From NCBI GenBank assembly GCA_902788415.1, contig CADAKF010000014.1, positions 1 to 54,299 on the forward strand: a stretch of DNA of 54,299 nt, read 5' to 3'. Both the position numbers and the translations under genes were made by a program. How positions within the stretch are numbered: the first letter of the stretch is position 1; the number at the start of each line of letters is the position of its first letter. Under the pieces are notes generated by a model that saw nothing but the letters and a program-made list of their open reading frames with translations, was not told the origin of the DNA and did not search any database. Source of the stretch: an uncultured bacterium (lineage in GTDB: Bacteria; Verrucomicrobiota; Kiritimatiellia; RFP12; UBA1067). Below are positions 16,254 to 24,398 of this stretch, piece after piece.

Positions 16254-18776
16254 TTCGCCCAGGTCCTGGGCGGTCAGCGACTCCATAACGGCGGCGTCGG
16301 TCGTGTCGACCGTCGCGGCGATGATCGCCTGCTTGCGGCGCTGGAGGGCGAGCACCTTCTCTTCAATCGTGTTCGAGGCGATCATCTTCATGACGTACAC
16401 GGTTTTCTTCTGCCCGATGCGGTGGGCGCGGTCCGTCGCCTGGTCCTCCACGGCGGGATTCCACCACGGATCGTAGTGCATCACCATGTCCGCGCCCGTG
16501 AGATTGAGGCCCGTGCCGCCAGCCATCAGCGAAATGAGGAAGACTGGAATCTTCGGGTCGCGGTTGAAGCGGTTGCATTCACCGAGGCGGTCCTTCGTCG
16601 AACCGTCGAGGTAGCAGCAGGGGATGTTGGACGAATGTAGCTCGTCCTTCAGGGCTTTCAGCTGGGTGACGAACTGGGAGAAGACGAGGATCTTGTGGCC
16701 GCCCTCGACTGCGGAGGCGAGCTGCTCGAGGAAGGCGTCCTTCTTGCCGCGGGAGGCAATCTGGCGGAGCTTCATCAGCATCGCGAGGATCTCGAACTTC
16801 GACTTGGCGAAGCCTTTCGCGCGGACGAGCCCGCCCGCGTCGCGCCGCGTCTTCTGGAGCGCGGCGAGATACTCGCGCTGGGCGTCGTCGGCGAGCGGAC
16901 AGTACGAGACCTTGACGATCTTGTCCGGAAGGTCCTTCGCGACGGACTTCTTGACGCGTCGCAGGATGAAGGGATGGATCTTCCGCTTCAGCTTCTGGAG
17001 CGTCTCCTCGCCTTGTCCGTCCTGGATCGGATCCTCGTAGTTGAGCTTGAACGTCTCGTAGTCGCCGAGATAGCCCGGCATCAGGAAGTCGAAGATCGAC
17101 CAGGCGTCCGCGACCGAATTCTCAATCGGCGTGCCCGTGAGCGCGAGGCGACGACGCGCGTTCACGGCCTTCACCGCCTTCGCGTTCTTCGTGTCGCGGT
17201 TCTTGATGTGCTGGGCCTCGTCGATGACGAGCGCGGAAAACTCCTTGTCGTAGTAGGCGGCCTCGAAGTCGCGCTGGAGAAGGGCGTAGGAGGTGATGAC
17301 GACGTCGGCGGCGGGAATCGCATCGAAACTTTTTGCGCGTTCGGGGCCGGAGACGACGAGCACCTTGAGCCACGGCGCGAACTTCTGCGCCTCCGCCTCC
17401 CAGTTGCGAACAAGCGAGGTCGGGCAGACAATGAGGGCGGGTTTCGTCCCGCCCCCGCATCTTGGCAAGCTGAGCCAAGTTAATGTCTGCAAGGTCTTGC
17501 CGAGGCCCATTTCGTCCGCGAGGAGTCCACAGAGGCCGGCCTCCTCGAGGAAGCGCATCCAGTAAACGCCCTGCTTTTGGTAGGGTCGAAGCGTCTTGTC
17601 CAGCGGTCCGAGCGCGACCGGCTCGAATTTGGCGTCGGGATTGCGGTCGTTGCGGCGCTCGGCCTCTTCGCGCCAGTGCGCGGCGGCCGTATCGTCCAGG
17701 TCAATGCAGTCGAGAAGGTCGAGGGACGACTTCACGTACGAGCCGTAGACGCCGCGGTAGCGCACCCAGCCTGCGGGCGCCTCCGACTTTGCGAGCGCGC
17801 AGTCGCTGAAGACGCTCCACATGGCGCCGATCGCGGTGTTGTCGAGGAGGATGACGGCACCGTCCTTCATGATGTAGCCGTCGCCGCGGTTGACGGCCGC
17901 CTGGACCTCGACCGGGGAGATTTCGTGGCCCATGGCATCGAAGGAGATCTTCACGTCGAAGTCGCCGTTTGCCGCGTCCCTCACCTGGACAACGGGGACG
18001 AGCGACGGCATCGTGTCCGTGAGGGCCATCAGCCGTTCCGAGAGATCGACGCGCCAGCCCTTGCGGCGAAGGGCGGGGAGGCCCGCACCGAGGAAGTCGA
18101 GCACCTTCTGCGGATCGGTGAGGTAGACCTTGAAGTCGCCTTCCTTGTAACCGGGCGTGAAGCCGAACTTCTCAAGGAACTTGACGGCGTCGCGTTCCGT
18201 CTTCATCGAGCGGACGCGACGGACGAGATCGTCGTCAGGATCCTCGAGGTAGATGACTTTCTCGGGCTGGATTGAGCAGACCGGGAAGTCGATGTCGCCG
18301 TACCAGGCGTCGAGTTCGATCGAAAGCGCCGCGCGCGAGCCGGAGACGAGGGCGTAGAATCTCGGGGAGATCGGCACCTCGATGAAGTTAGTTTCCTTTT
18401 CTTCACGTCTTCCGTCTTCCGTCTCGTGTCCTTCGCCGTCGAGGACTTGAGACGGGAGACGGGAGACTCCAGGCTCGTCGAGTTCCATAATGGAAAGCGC
18501 CAGTCCGATGGCGACGACATGCGGACAGACCTGGCTGTAGCGCTGGTTCGTTTCGCAGGGGCAGTTCGAGTGGATGCGGCCGCCGGCCTCGAGCTTGAAG
18601 GACACCGGCATGGCCCAGCCGCTCGGCTGCTCGATCTTTCCGGAGACGGTGAGCGTGTCGTCGTCATACCGGACATCCGTGACATCGCCGGAATTGCAGA
18701 GGGTGAGCGCCTGGTTGAAGACCTCGGGACCTCCCCAGCCGATCAGCTCTTCGCGTGTGATGCCGCTCTTGACCAT
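16242..18776 (-). CDS. SNF2-family helicase with N-terminal SWIM zinc finger
   Basis: SWIM 'CPCETNQRYSQVCPHV'. Helicase motifs 'LADEMGLGKT', 'IDEAQHIKN' and 'DPWWNPAVEDQATDRAHRIGQ'. Confidence 0.9.
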   Translation of the reverse strand: MVKSGITREELIGWGGPEVFNQALTLCNSGDVTDVRYDDDTLTVSGKIEQPSGWAMPVSFKLEAGGRIHSNCPCETNQRYSQVCPHVVAIGLALSIMELDEPGVSRLPSQVLDGEGHETEDGRREEKETNFIEVPISPRFYALVSGSRAALSIELDAWYGDIDFPVCSIQPEKVIYLEDPDDDLVRRVRSMKTERDAVKFLEKFGFTPGYKEGDFKVYLTDPQKVLDFLGAGLPALRRKGWRVDLSERLMALTDTMPSLVPVVQVRDAANGDFDVKISFDAMGHEISPVEVQAAVNRGDGYIMKDGAVILLDNTAIGAMWSVFSDCALAKSEAPAGWVRYRGVYGSYVKSSLDLLDCIDLDDTAAAHWREEAERRNDRNPDAKFEPVALGPLDKTLRPYQKQGVYWMRFLEEAGLCGLLADEMGLGKTLQTLTWLSLPRCGGGTKPALIVCPTSLVRNWEAEAQKFAPWLKVLVVSGPERAKSFDAIPAADVVITSYALLQRDFEAAYYDKEFSALVIDEAQHIKNRDTKNAKAVKAVNARRRLALTGTPIENSVADAWSIFDFLMPGYLGDYETFKLNYEDPIQDGQGEETLQKLKRKIHPFILRRVKKSVAKDLPDKIVKVSYCPLADDAQREYLAALQKTRRDAGGLVRAKGFAKSKFEILAMLMKLRQIASRGKKDAFLEQLASAVEGGHKILVFSQFVTQLKALKDELHSSNIPCCYLDGSTKDRLGECNRFNRDPKIPVFLISLMAGGTGLNLTGADMVMHYDPWWNPAVEDQATDRAHRIGQKKTVYVMKMIASNTIEEKVLALQRRKQAIIAATVDTTDAAVMESLTAQDLGELLA
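18404..18470. repeat. Inverted repeat of CGTCTTC / GAGACGG heptads inside the SNF2 CDS
   Basis: Arms at 18404-18431 and 18443-18470 give 21 Watson-Crick plus 3 G-T pairs on the + strand. Confidence 0.85.
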
Positions 18777-18779
18777 GGA

Positions 18780-19091
18780 CTAAAGAGAACGAATGGATTT
18801 GATGAGAAATGCGGTATGGCGGATGGAGAGGATGTCGCAGAAATCCCGGCGGACCTTATAGATGATGCGGAAATGACCATCAATGATTAGCTCACGGATT
18901 TCGTGGCGACCGATTTCTGGGACGATTCGTCCTGAGAGGGGGAATTTGTCAAGTTTGCGCGTCGCATCTATAACTCGGCGGCCCCATTCAAGGGCAACTT
19001 CGTGGCAATTGTCGTTTGTGATGTAGTCTTGTTGCTCGCGAAAGCGTTTTTGTCCGCGTTTTGTCCATTTTATTTGTCGGACGGCAGTCAC
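18780..19091 (-). CDS. Type II toxin, ParE/RelE family
   Basis: 103 aa, 4-nt overlap with the upstream antitoxin. C-terminal 'HFRIIYKV..ILSIRH' has a ParE/RelE-like pattern. Confidence 0.7.
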   Translation of the reverse strand: MTAVRQIKWTKRGQKRFREQQDYITNDNCHEVALEWGRRVIDATRKLDKFPLSGRIVPEIGRHEIRELIIDGHFRIIYKVRRDFCDILSIRHTAFLIKSIRSL

Positions 19092-19390
19092 AAACGTCCC
19101 TCCGCAAGCAATTCGCGTTCAAACTCGTTTTGAGAGATTTCCTCGCCGCGTTCAATCTCTTCCTCGGCGGCGCGGACATCATCAATGAGTTCGATTGTTT
19201 CGCGCATCTTCTGGAAGTCGGCGACGTCAATGACGACCGAGGCGGAGCGTCCGTTCTGCGTGACCAAGATCGGACGATGCGTCCGTCGTGTACGGGCGAA
19301 GCAGTCCGCAATCGTGCTGCGGAACTCAGAAAGCGGCATCACATCCTTAATGAGGTCAATGGATCGAATCGGCAGTTTTCTCGTACGCAT
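19088..19390 (-). CDS. Type II antitoxin, Phd/YefM family
   Basis: 'PILVTQNGRSASVVIDVADFQKM' is a typical Phd/YefM core. AGGAGG lies 6 nt upstream of ATG 19390. The longer ORF-track extension is rejected. Confidence 0.75.
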   Translation of the reverse strand: MRTRKLPIRSIDLIKDVMPLSEFRSTIADCFARTRRTHRPILVTQNGRSASVVIDVADFQKMRETIELIDDVRAAEEEIERGEEISQNEFERELLAEGRL

Positions 19391-19414
19391 GTTAGTCCTC
19401 CTTGATCGATGCGC

Positions 19415-19428
19415 ATATTGTACAATAT
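19415..19428. promoter_or_regulatory. Perfect 14-bp palindrome ATATTGTACAATAT upstream of the TA operon (candidate operator overlapping a TACAAT -10)
   Basis: Read directly, 25 nt upstream of the antitoxin start. Confidence 0.5.
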
Positions 19429-19765
19429 TCTGTATGCAACGGTCAATGAGCACTCGTTGAAACGATTTTGTGCTATAATACTCTTGTCCTGTGAAAGTCG
19501 GGATGATCCGAAGTCGGCTCTCACCACCTCCAAGCGGGACAAAGAACGCGTAACCACGCGGACTTGATCGTTCTGATGAAACGTCCAAACTTCTGAAACG
19601 AGCGACATGTCCTGCGAGGGGCGCGCATGGCTGAACAATCAGCCGGGCGTGTCTCTTTGCACCCATGTTTTCGTTTCGGGCTTTGGACGGCCTCATCAGA
19701 GATCACGGGTGAAGGAGGCACGCCCGCTCTATTTGTCTCTGTGCGAGTATGGTGTGGAGGTGTCG

Positions 19766-22204
19766 ATGAAGATTAAATGCAAGAAATGCGGCGAGGTGAT
19801 TGTCGTAGCGGACGATATTGTCCCAGGGCAGCACGTTCGTTGCCCGTATTGCGACGAAAAGTTTGCATATGATGTTGAAAAGGTCGGGATATCTGGCGAA
19901 GATTTACGTACGGCGCTTGCAGAATGTCGCAAGGATAAGGAACTCAACGCTTATTACAAAAATGCGCCGCTGGGAGCGCGTCTGTATATTGCGCTCGTGT
20001 TTTACGGTAAGGTTTTCCGAGATGCGCTTGACAAGGATGCGTACGTAAAGGCGTTTGCGGAAATTGGCGGAGAGCTTAAGGAGCGGGATTTGCGGTATCT
20101 TCTGCAACACGAGGATGATGAGTCCATGCGCGAGTACCTCTCTGACAGGTTGGCAGCATCGGTTGGCAGAAGTGATGACCCCATTAGGGCCGGAGATGCC
20201 AAGGGACGCTCCAGGTTCGGGATAATTCGACCATCTGTGCCAAAGCATGCCGATGTCAATCCCGAAGTTGAAAGAAGGATGGCGATTCAAGAGCGGAGTG
20301 AGAAAACCCGTGTGCAAGCAGAAGAATGCGAATGGCGCAGGAAGATAATCGGCTCGGCCGTGAACGGCGTGATCATTTGCGCTGTCCTAATTGTCGGATG
20401 GATTGTTTACTTGGCATGGCACGACAGGCAGGTACAGGCGCGGCGAGAACGTCTTGAGGCGGTCCAAGCCGAGAAAGAACGCGAGGAGAAAGAGAAGCAG
20501 GAGCGTGACAGGCAGGAGGCGGAAGAGCGTGCCAGACAGGACCGTGAACGGGCTGAACGTCTTGAGCGTGAACAGAAGGAGCGCGTGGAGCGCCGTCGGA
20601 TTGCGGCGGAAGACGAAGAACGGCGAAAGAAAATCGACGAGGAGAACCGGATCCGTGAGGAGGCGGAGAAACGGCAGGAAGAGTATCGTGACATCGTTGT
20701 TTCATTGAGCGACCGTGAACTTCTTCGCGAGGTGACTTTGCCTGAGAAAATGCGCCCTGGAAGGGCTGTACGCAAGTTCCTTTGCATGTTGCCCGTAGAT
20801 CAGGATGAATTTGTACTTTACGAAGTCGAGACTGATGCCGAGGGGAAAACGGTGGCAGTGGCGCTCTCTGGGGAGAAAGGTCGCGAACAGGTTGATTTTC
20901 AAGAATTGAAGAAACGGATCGAAAAAACAGGATGCATTTTCTGTGATAACGAAAAGGCCTATTTTCGCCCGAGGAAGGCGAAGAGACCCAATGAGTTCCA
21001 AATGCCTGTGGATTCACAGGTCTTTGAGCCGTGGAATGCCATGTTTGGAGAGATGTTGCCTGTCATCAAGAAATTCAACTTCAGATGCAACGTCTTTGCG
21101 CTCGATGTGTTTATGCTGCAAAAGGGTGAAGATGCCGTGAAGGTCACCCGACTCGAGCCATTTGATGCTGTCGCGCTGTCGCAATTCAAGGATATCGTAC
21201 GCCAGGATCTGCTTGAAAGGAAGGGCGCCGCAGCAATGAAGCGCCCGATTAAGATCAAGAGGCCCGTGATAACTGTCAAATTGTACGATGGGGATATTGT
21301 CAAGAAGGATGCGCGGGGCAACACATATGTTCCGCGCGAGTTCCCACAGCCGAAAGGATATTCCAATTTCAGGCCGCATAACTACTATGATGGACGGATC
21401 TGCAATTGCGGTTTGTGCAAAAAATACCGTTCGTGGGAGGATTTGCGCGACGAAGCCGTCAAGCAAGAGAGAGCTGTGGCCGAGTACGAGGTGGAAATAG
21501 AAAACGCCAGGGAGAGGAGGCGGAACGCGGTGAGAGTTTCCGACGACGAAGTTGACGCTATACTCAAAAAATTACGTGTACGAGTTGTCTATGCCAAGGA
21601 GCAGATTGATGATGCGAACGAAGAAGAGGGCTTTGGGGCGATAACTCCGCAAGTAAAGTCGCCGGAGGTTGGATGTGCGAGTGGAAGCGTGACGGACGAG
21701 TTGTCAGCGGTGGGAATTGCGCGGCTCAATGCCCGGCTTAAGTACAGGAGCTTCTGCGGGATTGAGTTCGGGATGGTGGAAGAGCGTATTGATCCGTGCA
21801 ATGGACGAGGCGGCGATTTGCCGACGGCATTCAGGCATTTCAAATCCTATTCAAAGTACGGCTCAAAGGTTTTTCATCGTGTTGCGAAAATTGATTTAAA
21901 CGGGAAGATAACAAATGCGAGTATTGACAGCTTCAAGAAGGAAATTCGGCAGACGGTTGCCGTCCTTTCAAAGAAATATGGCATGACCTTTGACGTTGTC
22001 AAAGAGTCGGACGAACGTTTTGCGATGGGATTCGAAGATCAATATGTCAATGTTGTAGTCGGTGGATATTATTCCAATGGCGAGGCGTCGTTCTACATCG
22101 GATTCACCAATAAGCAAGTTGACGAGCAAAATGACGCAATCTGGTCGCGGCATCCTGGCAAGGATATCAGTATGCCGAGTAATGCTGGGCTTGATGTGTT
22201 GTAA
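19766..22204 (+). CDS. Orphan 812-aa protein: MJ0042-type zinc ribbon + single TM helix + ER/K-rich coiled coil + uncharacterised C-terminal domains
   Basis: 'MKIKCKKCGEVI..VRCPYCDEKF', TM 'IIGSAVNGVIICAVLIVGWIVYLAW', about 110 aa of E/R/K repeats. GGAGG precedes ATG 19766. Confidence 0.6.
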   Translation: MKIKCKKCGEVIVVADDIVPGQHVRCPYCDEKFAYDVEKVGISGEDLRTALAECRKDKELNAYYKNAPLGARLYIALVFYGKVFRDALDKDAYVKAFAEIGGELKERDLRYLLQHEDDESMREYLSDRLAASVGRSDDPIRAGDAKGRSRFGIIRPSVPKHADVNPEVERRMAIQERSEKTRVQAEECEWRRKIIGSAVNGVIICAVLIVGWIVYLAWHDRQVQARRERLEAVQAEKEREEKEKQERDRQEAEERARQDRERAERLEREQKERVERRRIAAEDEERRKKIDEENRIREEAEKRQEEYRDIVVSLSDRELLREVTLPEKMRPGRAVRKFLCMLPVDQDEFVLYEVETDAEGKTVAVALSGEKGREQVDFQELKKRIEKTGCIFCDNEKAYFRPRKAKRPNEFQMPVDSQVFEPWNAMFGEMLPVIKKFNFRCNVFALDVFMLQKGEDAVKVTRLEPFDAVALSQFKDIVRQDLLERKGAAAMKRPIKIKRPVITVKLYDGDIVKKDARGNTYVPREFPQPKGYSNFRPHNYYDGRICNCGLCKKYRSWEDLRDEAVKQERAVAEYEVEIENARERRRNAVRVSDDEVDAILKKLRVRVVYAKEQIDDANEEEGFGAITPQVKSPEVGCASGSVTDELSAVGIARLNARLKYRSFCGIEFGMVEERIDPCNGRGGDLPTAFRHFKSYSKYGSKVFHRVAKIDLNGKITNASIDSFKKEIRQTVAVLSKKYGMTFDVVKESDERFAMGFEDQYVNVVVGGYYSNGEASFYIGFTNKQVDEQNDAIWSRHPGKDISMPSNAGLDVL

Positions 22205-22276
22205 GAGCTTCAGTGCGAGAAGATGAGAGTCGCAGTCTGATGTGCGGCTATAGCGTTGCGAGGTGTTAGTAATCGG

Positions 22277-23302
22277 CTAATTGCCCAAGTGTCGCAACCT
22301 CAGCTGTCCGCAGGCGGCGTTGGCGTCCTTGCCGCGGGAGCGGCGGAGCATGGTTTGCACGCGGTTCTTCATAAGGACGTCAAGGAACATGAGCATCGTC
22401 TCGTCGCTCGGCGTCTTGAAGTCGGGACGGTGATCGACCGGCGAAAGGGGGATGAGGTTCACCTTCGCCATCGGGACGCGGCGGACCTGCCGCGCGAGCT
22501 CTTCCGCGCAAGCACGCGAGTCGTTGACGCCTTTGATGACGGTGTACTCGAAGGTGATGATGCGCTTCGTGGTGTTGGTGTAGTCCGCGCACGCCGCGAG
22601 AAGCTCGTCGATCGGCCACTTTTTGTTGACCGGCATCAGCTCGGAGCGGAGCTCGTCGTTCGGCGCGTGGAGCGAGACGGAGAGCTCGAACTGGATGCCT
22701 TCGGCGGCGAGCTTCTTGAAGCCGGGGACGACGCCGCAGGTTGAAAGGGTGATGTGCCGCGCGCCGAGGTTCGGGCCCTTGCCGGCATTGATGAGCTTCA
22801 GCGCCCTCAGGGTCTCGTCGTAGTTCGCGAAGGGTTCGCCCATGCCCATCACGACGATGTTGGTGATCTCGCCGAAGGTGCGTCCCGCCAGGTACTCGGC
22901 GACGATCTCGTCCGCCGTCAGGGAGCGGACGACGCCGCGCGAGCCGGAGGCGCAAAAGGCGCAGCCCATCGCGCAGCCGACCTGGGTCGAGATGCACTGG
23001 GTGAAGCGTCCGGTCGCGGGGATGAGGACCGTTTCGACGGAATTGCCGTCTTCGAATCCGATCAAGAGCTTCTTTGTGCCGTCCGCGGATTCGGAGACGT
23101 CGAGAATCTCATACTTGGTGAGGGGGAACTCGGCCTTCAGTGTTTCGCGGAAGTCCTTTGGAAGCGTGGTCGCGGCGTCCCAGTCGGCGATGTAGTCGCG
23201 GTAGAGCGCTTGCAGGATCTGGTCCGCACGAAACGGACGGAGCCCCCGGTCCTTCAAGATCGGCTTCCATTCGTCCGGCAAGATACTCCAGGCTTTTGTC
23301 AT
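22277..23302 (-). CDS. rlmN: 23S rRNA/tRNA (adenine-C2)-methyltransferase RlmN (radical SAM)
   Basis: 'CAMGCAFCASG' and 'VVMGMGEP'. Confidence 0.9.
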   Translation of the reverse strand: MTKAWSILPDEWKPILKDRGLRPFRADQILQALYRDYIADWDAATTLPKDFRETLKAEFPLTKYEILDVSESADGTKKLLIGFEDGNSVETVLIPATGRFTQCISTQVGCAMGCAFCASGSRGVVRSLTADEIVAEYLAGRTFGEITNIVVMGMGEPFANYDETLRALKLINAGKGPNLGARHITLSTCGVVPGFKKLAAEGIQFELSVSLHAPNDELRSELMPVNKKWPIDELLAACADYTNTTKRIITFEYTVIKGVNDSRACAEELARQVRRVPMAKVNLIPLSPVDHRPDFKTPSDETMLMFLDVLMKNRVQTMLRRSRGKDANAACGQLRLRHLGN

Positions 23303-23310
23303 TGCCGCCT

Positions 23311-23319
23311 ATTATACCA
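23311..23319 (-). promoter_or_regulatory. Extended -10 TGGTATAAT for rlmN, 8 nt from its ATG (leaderless candidate)
   Basis: Reverse complement of attatacca. Confidence 0.55.
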
Positions 23320-23326
23320 ATTTTTA

Positions 23327-23335
23327 TGGTATAAT
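23327..23335 (+). promoter_or_regulatory. Extended -10 TGGTATAAT for prs
   Basis: Exact motif; leader of about 17 nt containing GAAAGGA. Confidence 0.55.
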
Positions 23336-23358
23336 AGAGGACACGAAAGGACATTTCG

Positions 23359-24324
23359 ATGAGCGCAAACGATGATTTCATGGTATTTTCGGGTACGGCC
23401 AATCTTCCGCTGGCGGAAAAGGTCGCGGACTATCTCGGACGCCCCCTCAATAAGATCAACATTCCGCATTTTCCCGACGGGGAGACGTTCTGTCAGGTGA
23501 TTGACGGCGTCCGCGGCAAGGACGTGTTCGTGATCCAGTCCGGCTCGCCGATGCCGAACGAGGCGTACATGGAGCTCTTCATCATCATCGACGCGCTGAA
23601 GCGCGGGAGCGCCGCGCGCATCACGGCCGTCCTCCCGTACTACGGCTACGCCCGCCAGGACCGCAAGGACCAGCCGCGCGTGCCGATCACGGCGCGACTC
23701 ATTGCGAATCTCCTCGAGGCGGCCGGCGCCGACCGCGTCATGACGCTCGACCTGCACGCGAACCAGATCCAGGGGTTCTTCAACATCCCGCTCGACCATC
23801 TCAAGGCCGAGCCGATCATCCTCAAGTACATCCGCGACCAGCACTGGGCGAATCCGATTGTCGTCGCGCCCGACACGGGCGGGGCGAAGACGGCCTACGG
23901 CTACAGCCGCAAGCTCAGCTGCGGGCTCGCGATCGTCGCGAAGCAGCGCACGGGCGGCGAGACGGTCGACGCATTCTCGGTCGTCGGCGACGTGAAGGGC
24001 TGCGATGTCATCATGATCGACGACATGACGGCGACGGGCGGCACCTTGTCCGCCGCGGCGAAGATGTGCCGCGACAACGGCGCGAAGTCCGTCCACGCGT
24101 TTGTCTCGCACTTTCCGCTCACTACGAAGGGCATGGAGCGCCTGATGGGCGAGGCCCAGCTTGACGAGCTCGTCGTGACGGATTCGATTCCGCTGCGCGA
24201 GGGTTTCGATCCGTCGAAGCTTCCGTTCAAGCTCACTCAGCTTTCGGTCGCGCCGCTGATCGGCGAGGCGATCAAGCGCACGCACAACAACGAATCGATC
24301 AACGATCTGTTCAATCACGAATGA
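23359..24324 (+). CDS. prs: Ribose-phosphate pyrophosphokinase
   Basis: 'DLHANQIQGFF', 'VVAPDTGG', 'IMIDDMTATGGTL'. Confidence 0.95.
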   Translation: MSANDDFMVFSGTANLPLAEKVADYLGRPLNKINIPHFPDGETFCQVIDGVRGKDVFVIQSGSPMPNEAYMELFIIIDALKRGSAARITAVLPYYGYARQDRKDQPRVPITARLIANLLEAAGADRVMTLDLHANQIQGFFNIPLDHLKAEPIILKYIRDQHWANPIVVAPDTGGAKTAYGYSRKLSCGLAIVAKQRTGGETVDAFSVVGDVKGCDVIMIDDMTATGGTLSAAAKMCRDNGAKSVHAFVSHFPLTTKGMERLMGEAQLDELVVTDSIPLREGFDPSKLPFKLTQLSVAPLIGEAIKRTHNNESINDLFNHE

Positions 24325-24327
24325 GCA

Positions 24328-24394
24328 GCTTTTAGCGGTTAGCTGTTAGCTATTGGCTTTGGACACTAACCGCTAACCGCTAACAGCTAACCGC
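24328..24394. terminator. Inverted repeat built from AGCTGTT/AACAGCT-type heptads (prs-pth spacer)
   Basis: Left arm gctttta gcggtta gctgtta gctattg; right arm ctaaccg ctaaccg ctaacag ctaaccg; 8-nt loop. Confidence 0.6.
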
Positions 24395-24398
24395 GACA

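Noticed and set aside
19607-19765. Upstream extension of the 865-aa ORF-track entry
   Set aside because: ATG 19766 is preceded by GGAGG and starts the zinc-ribbon motif. The upstream 53 codons have no support and run into the TA promoter region.
22205-22276. Bidirectional terminator between the convergent orphan gene and rlmN
   Set aside because: Only weak 4-bp stems were found, with no convincing hairpin.
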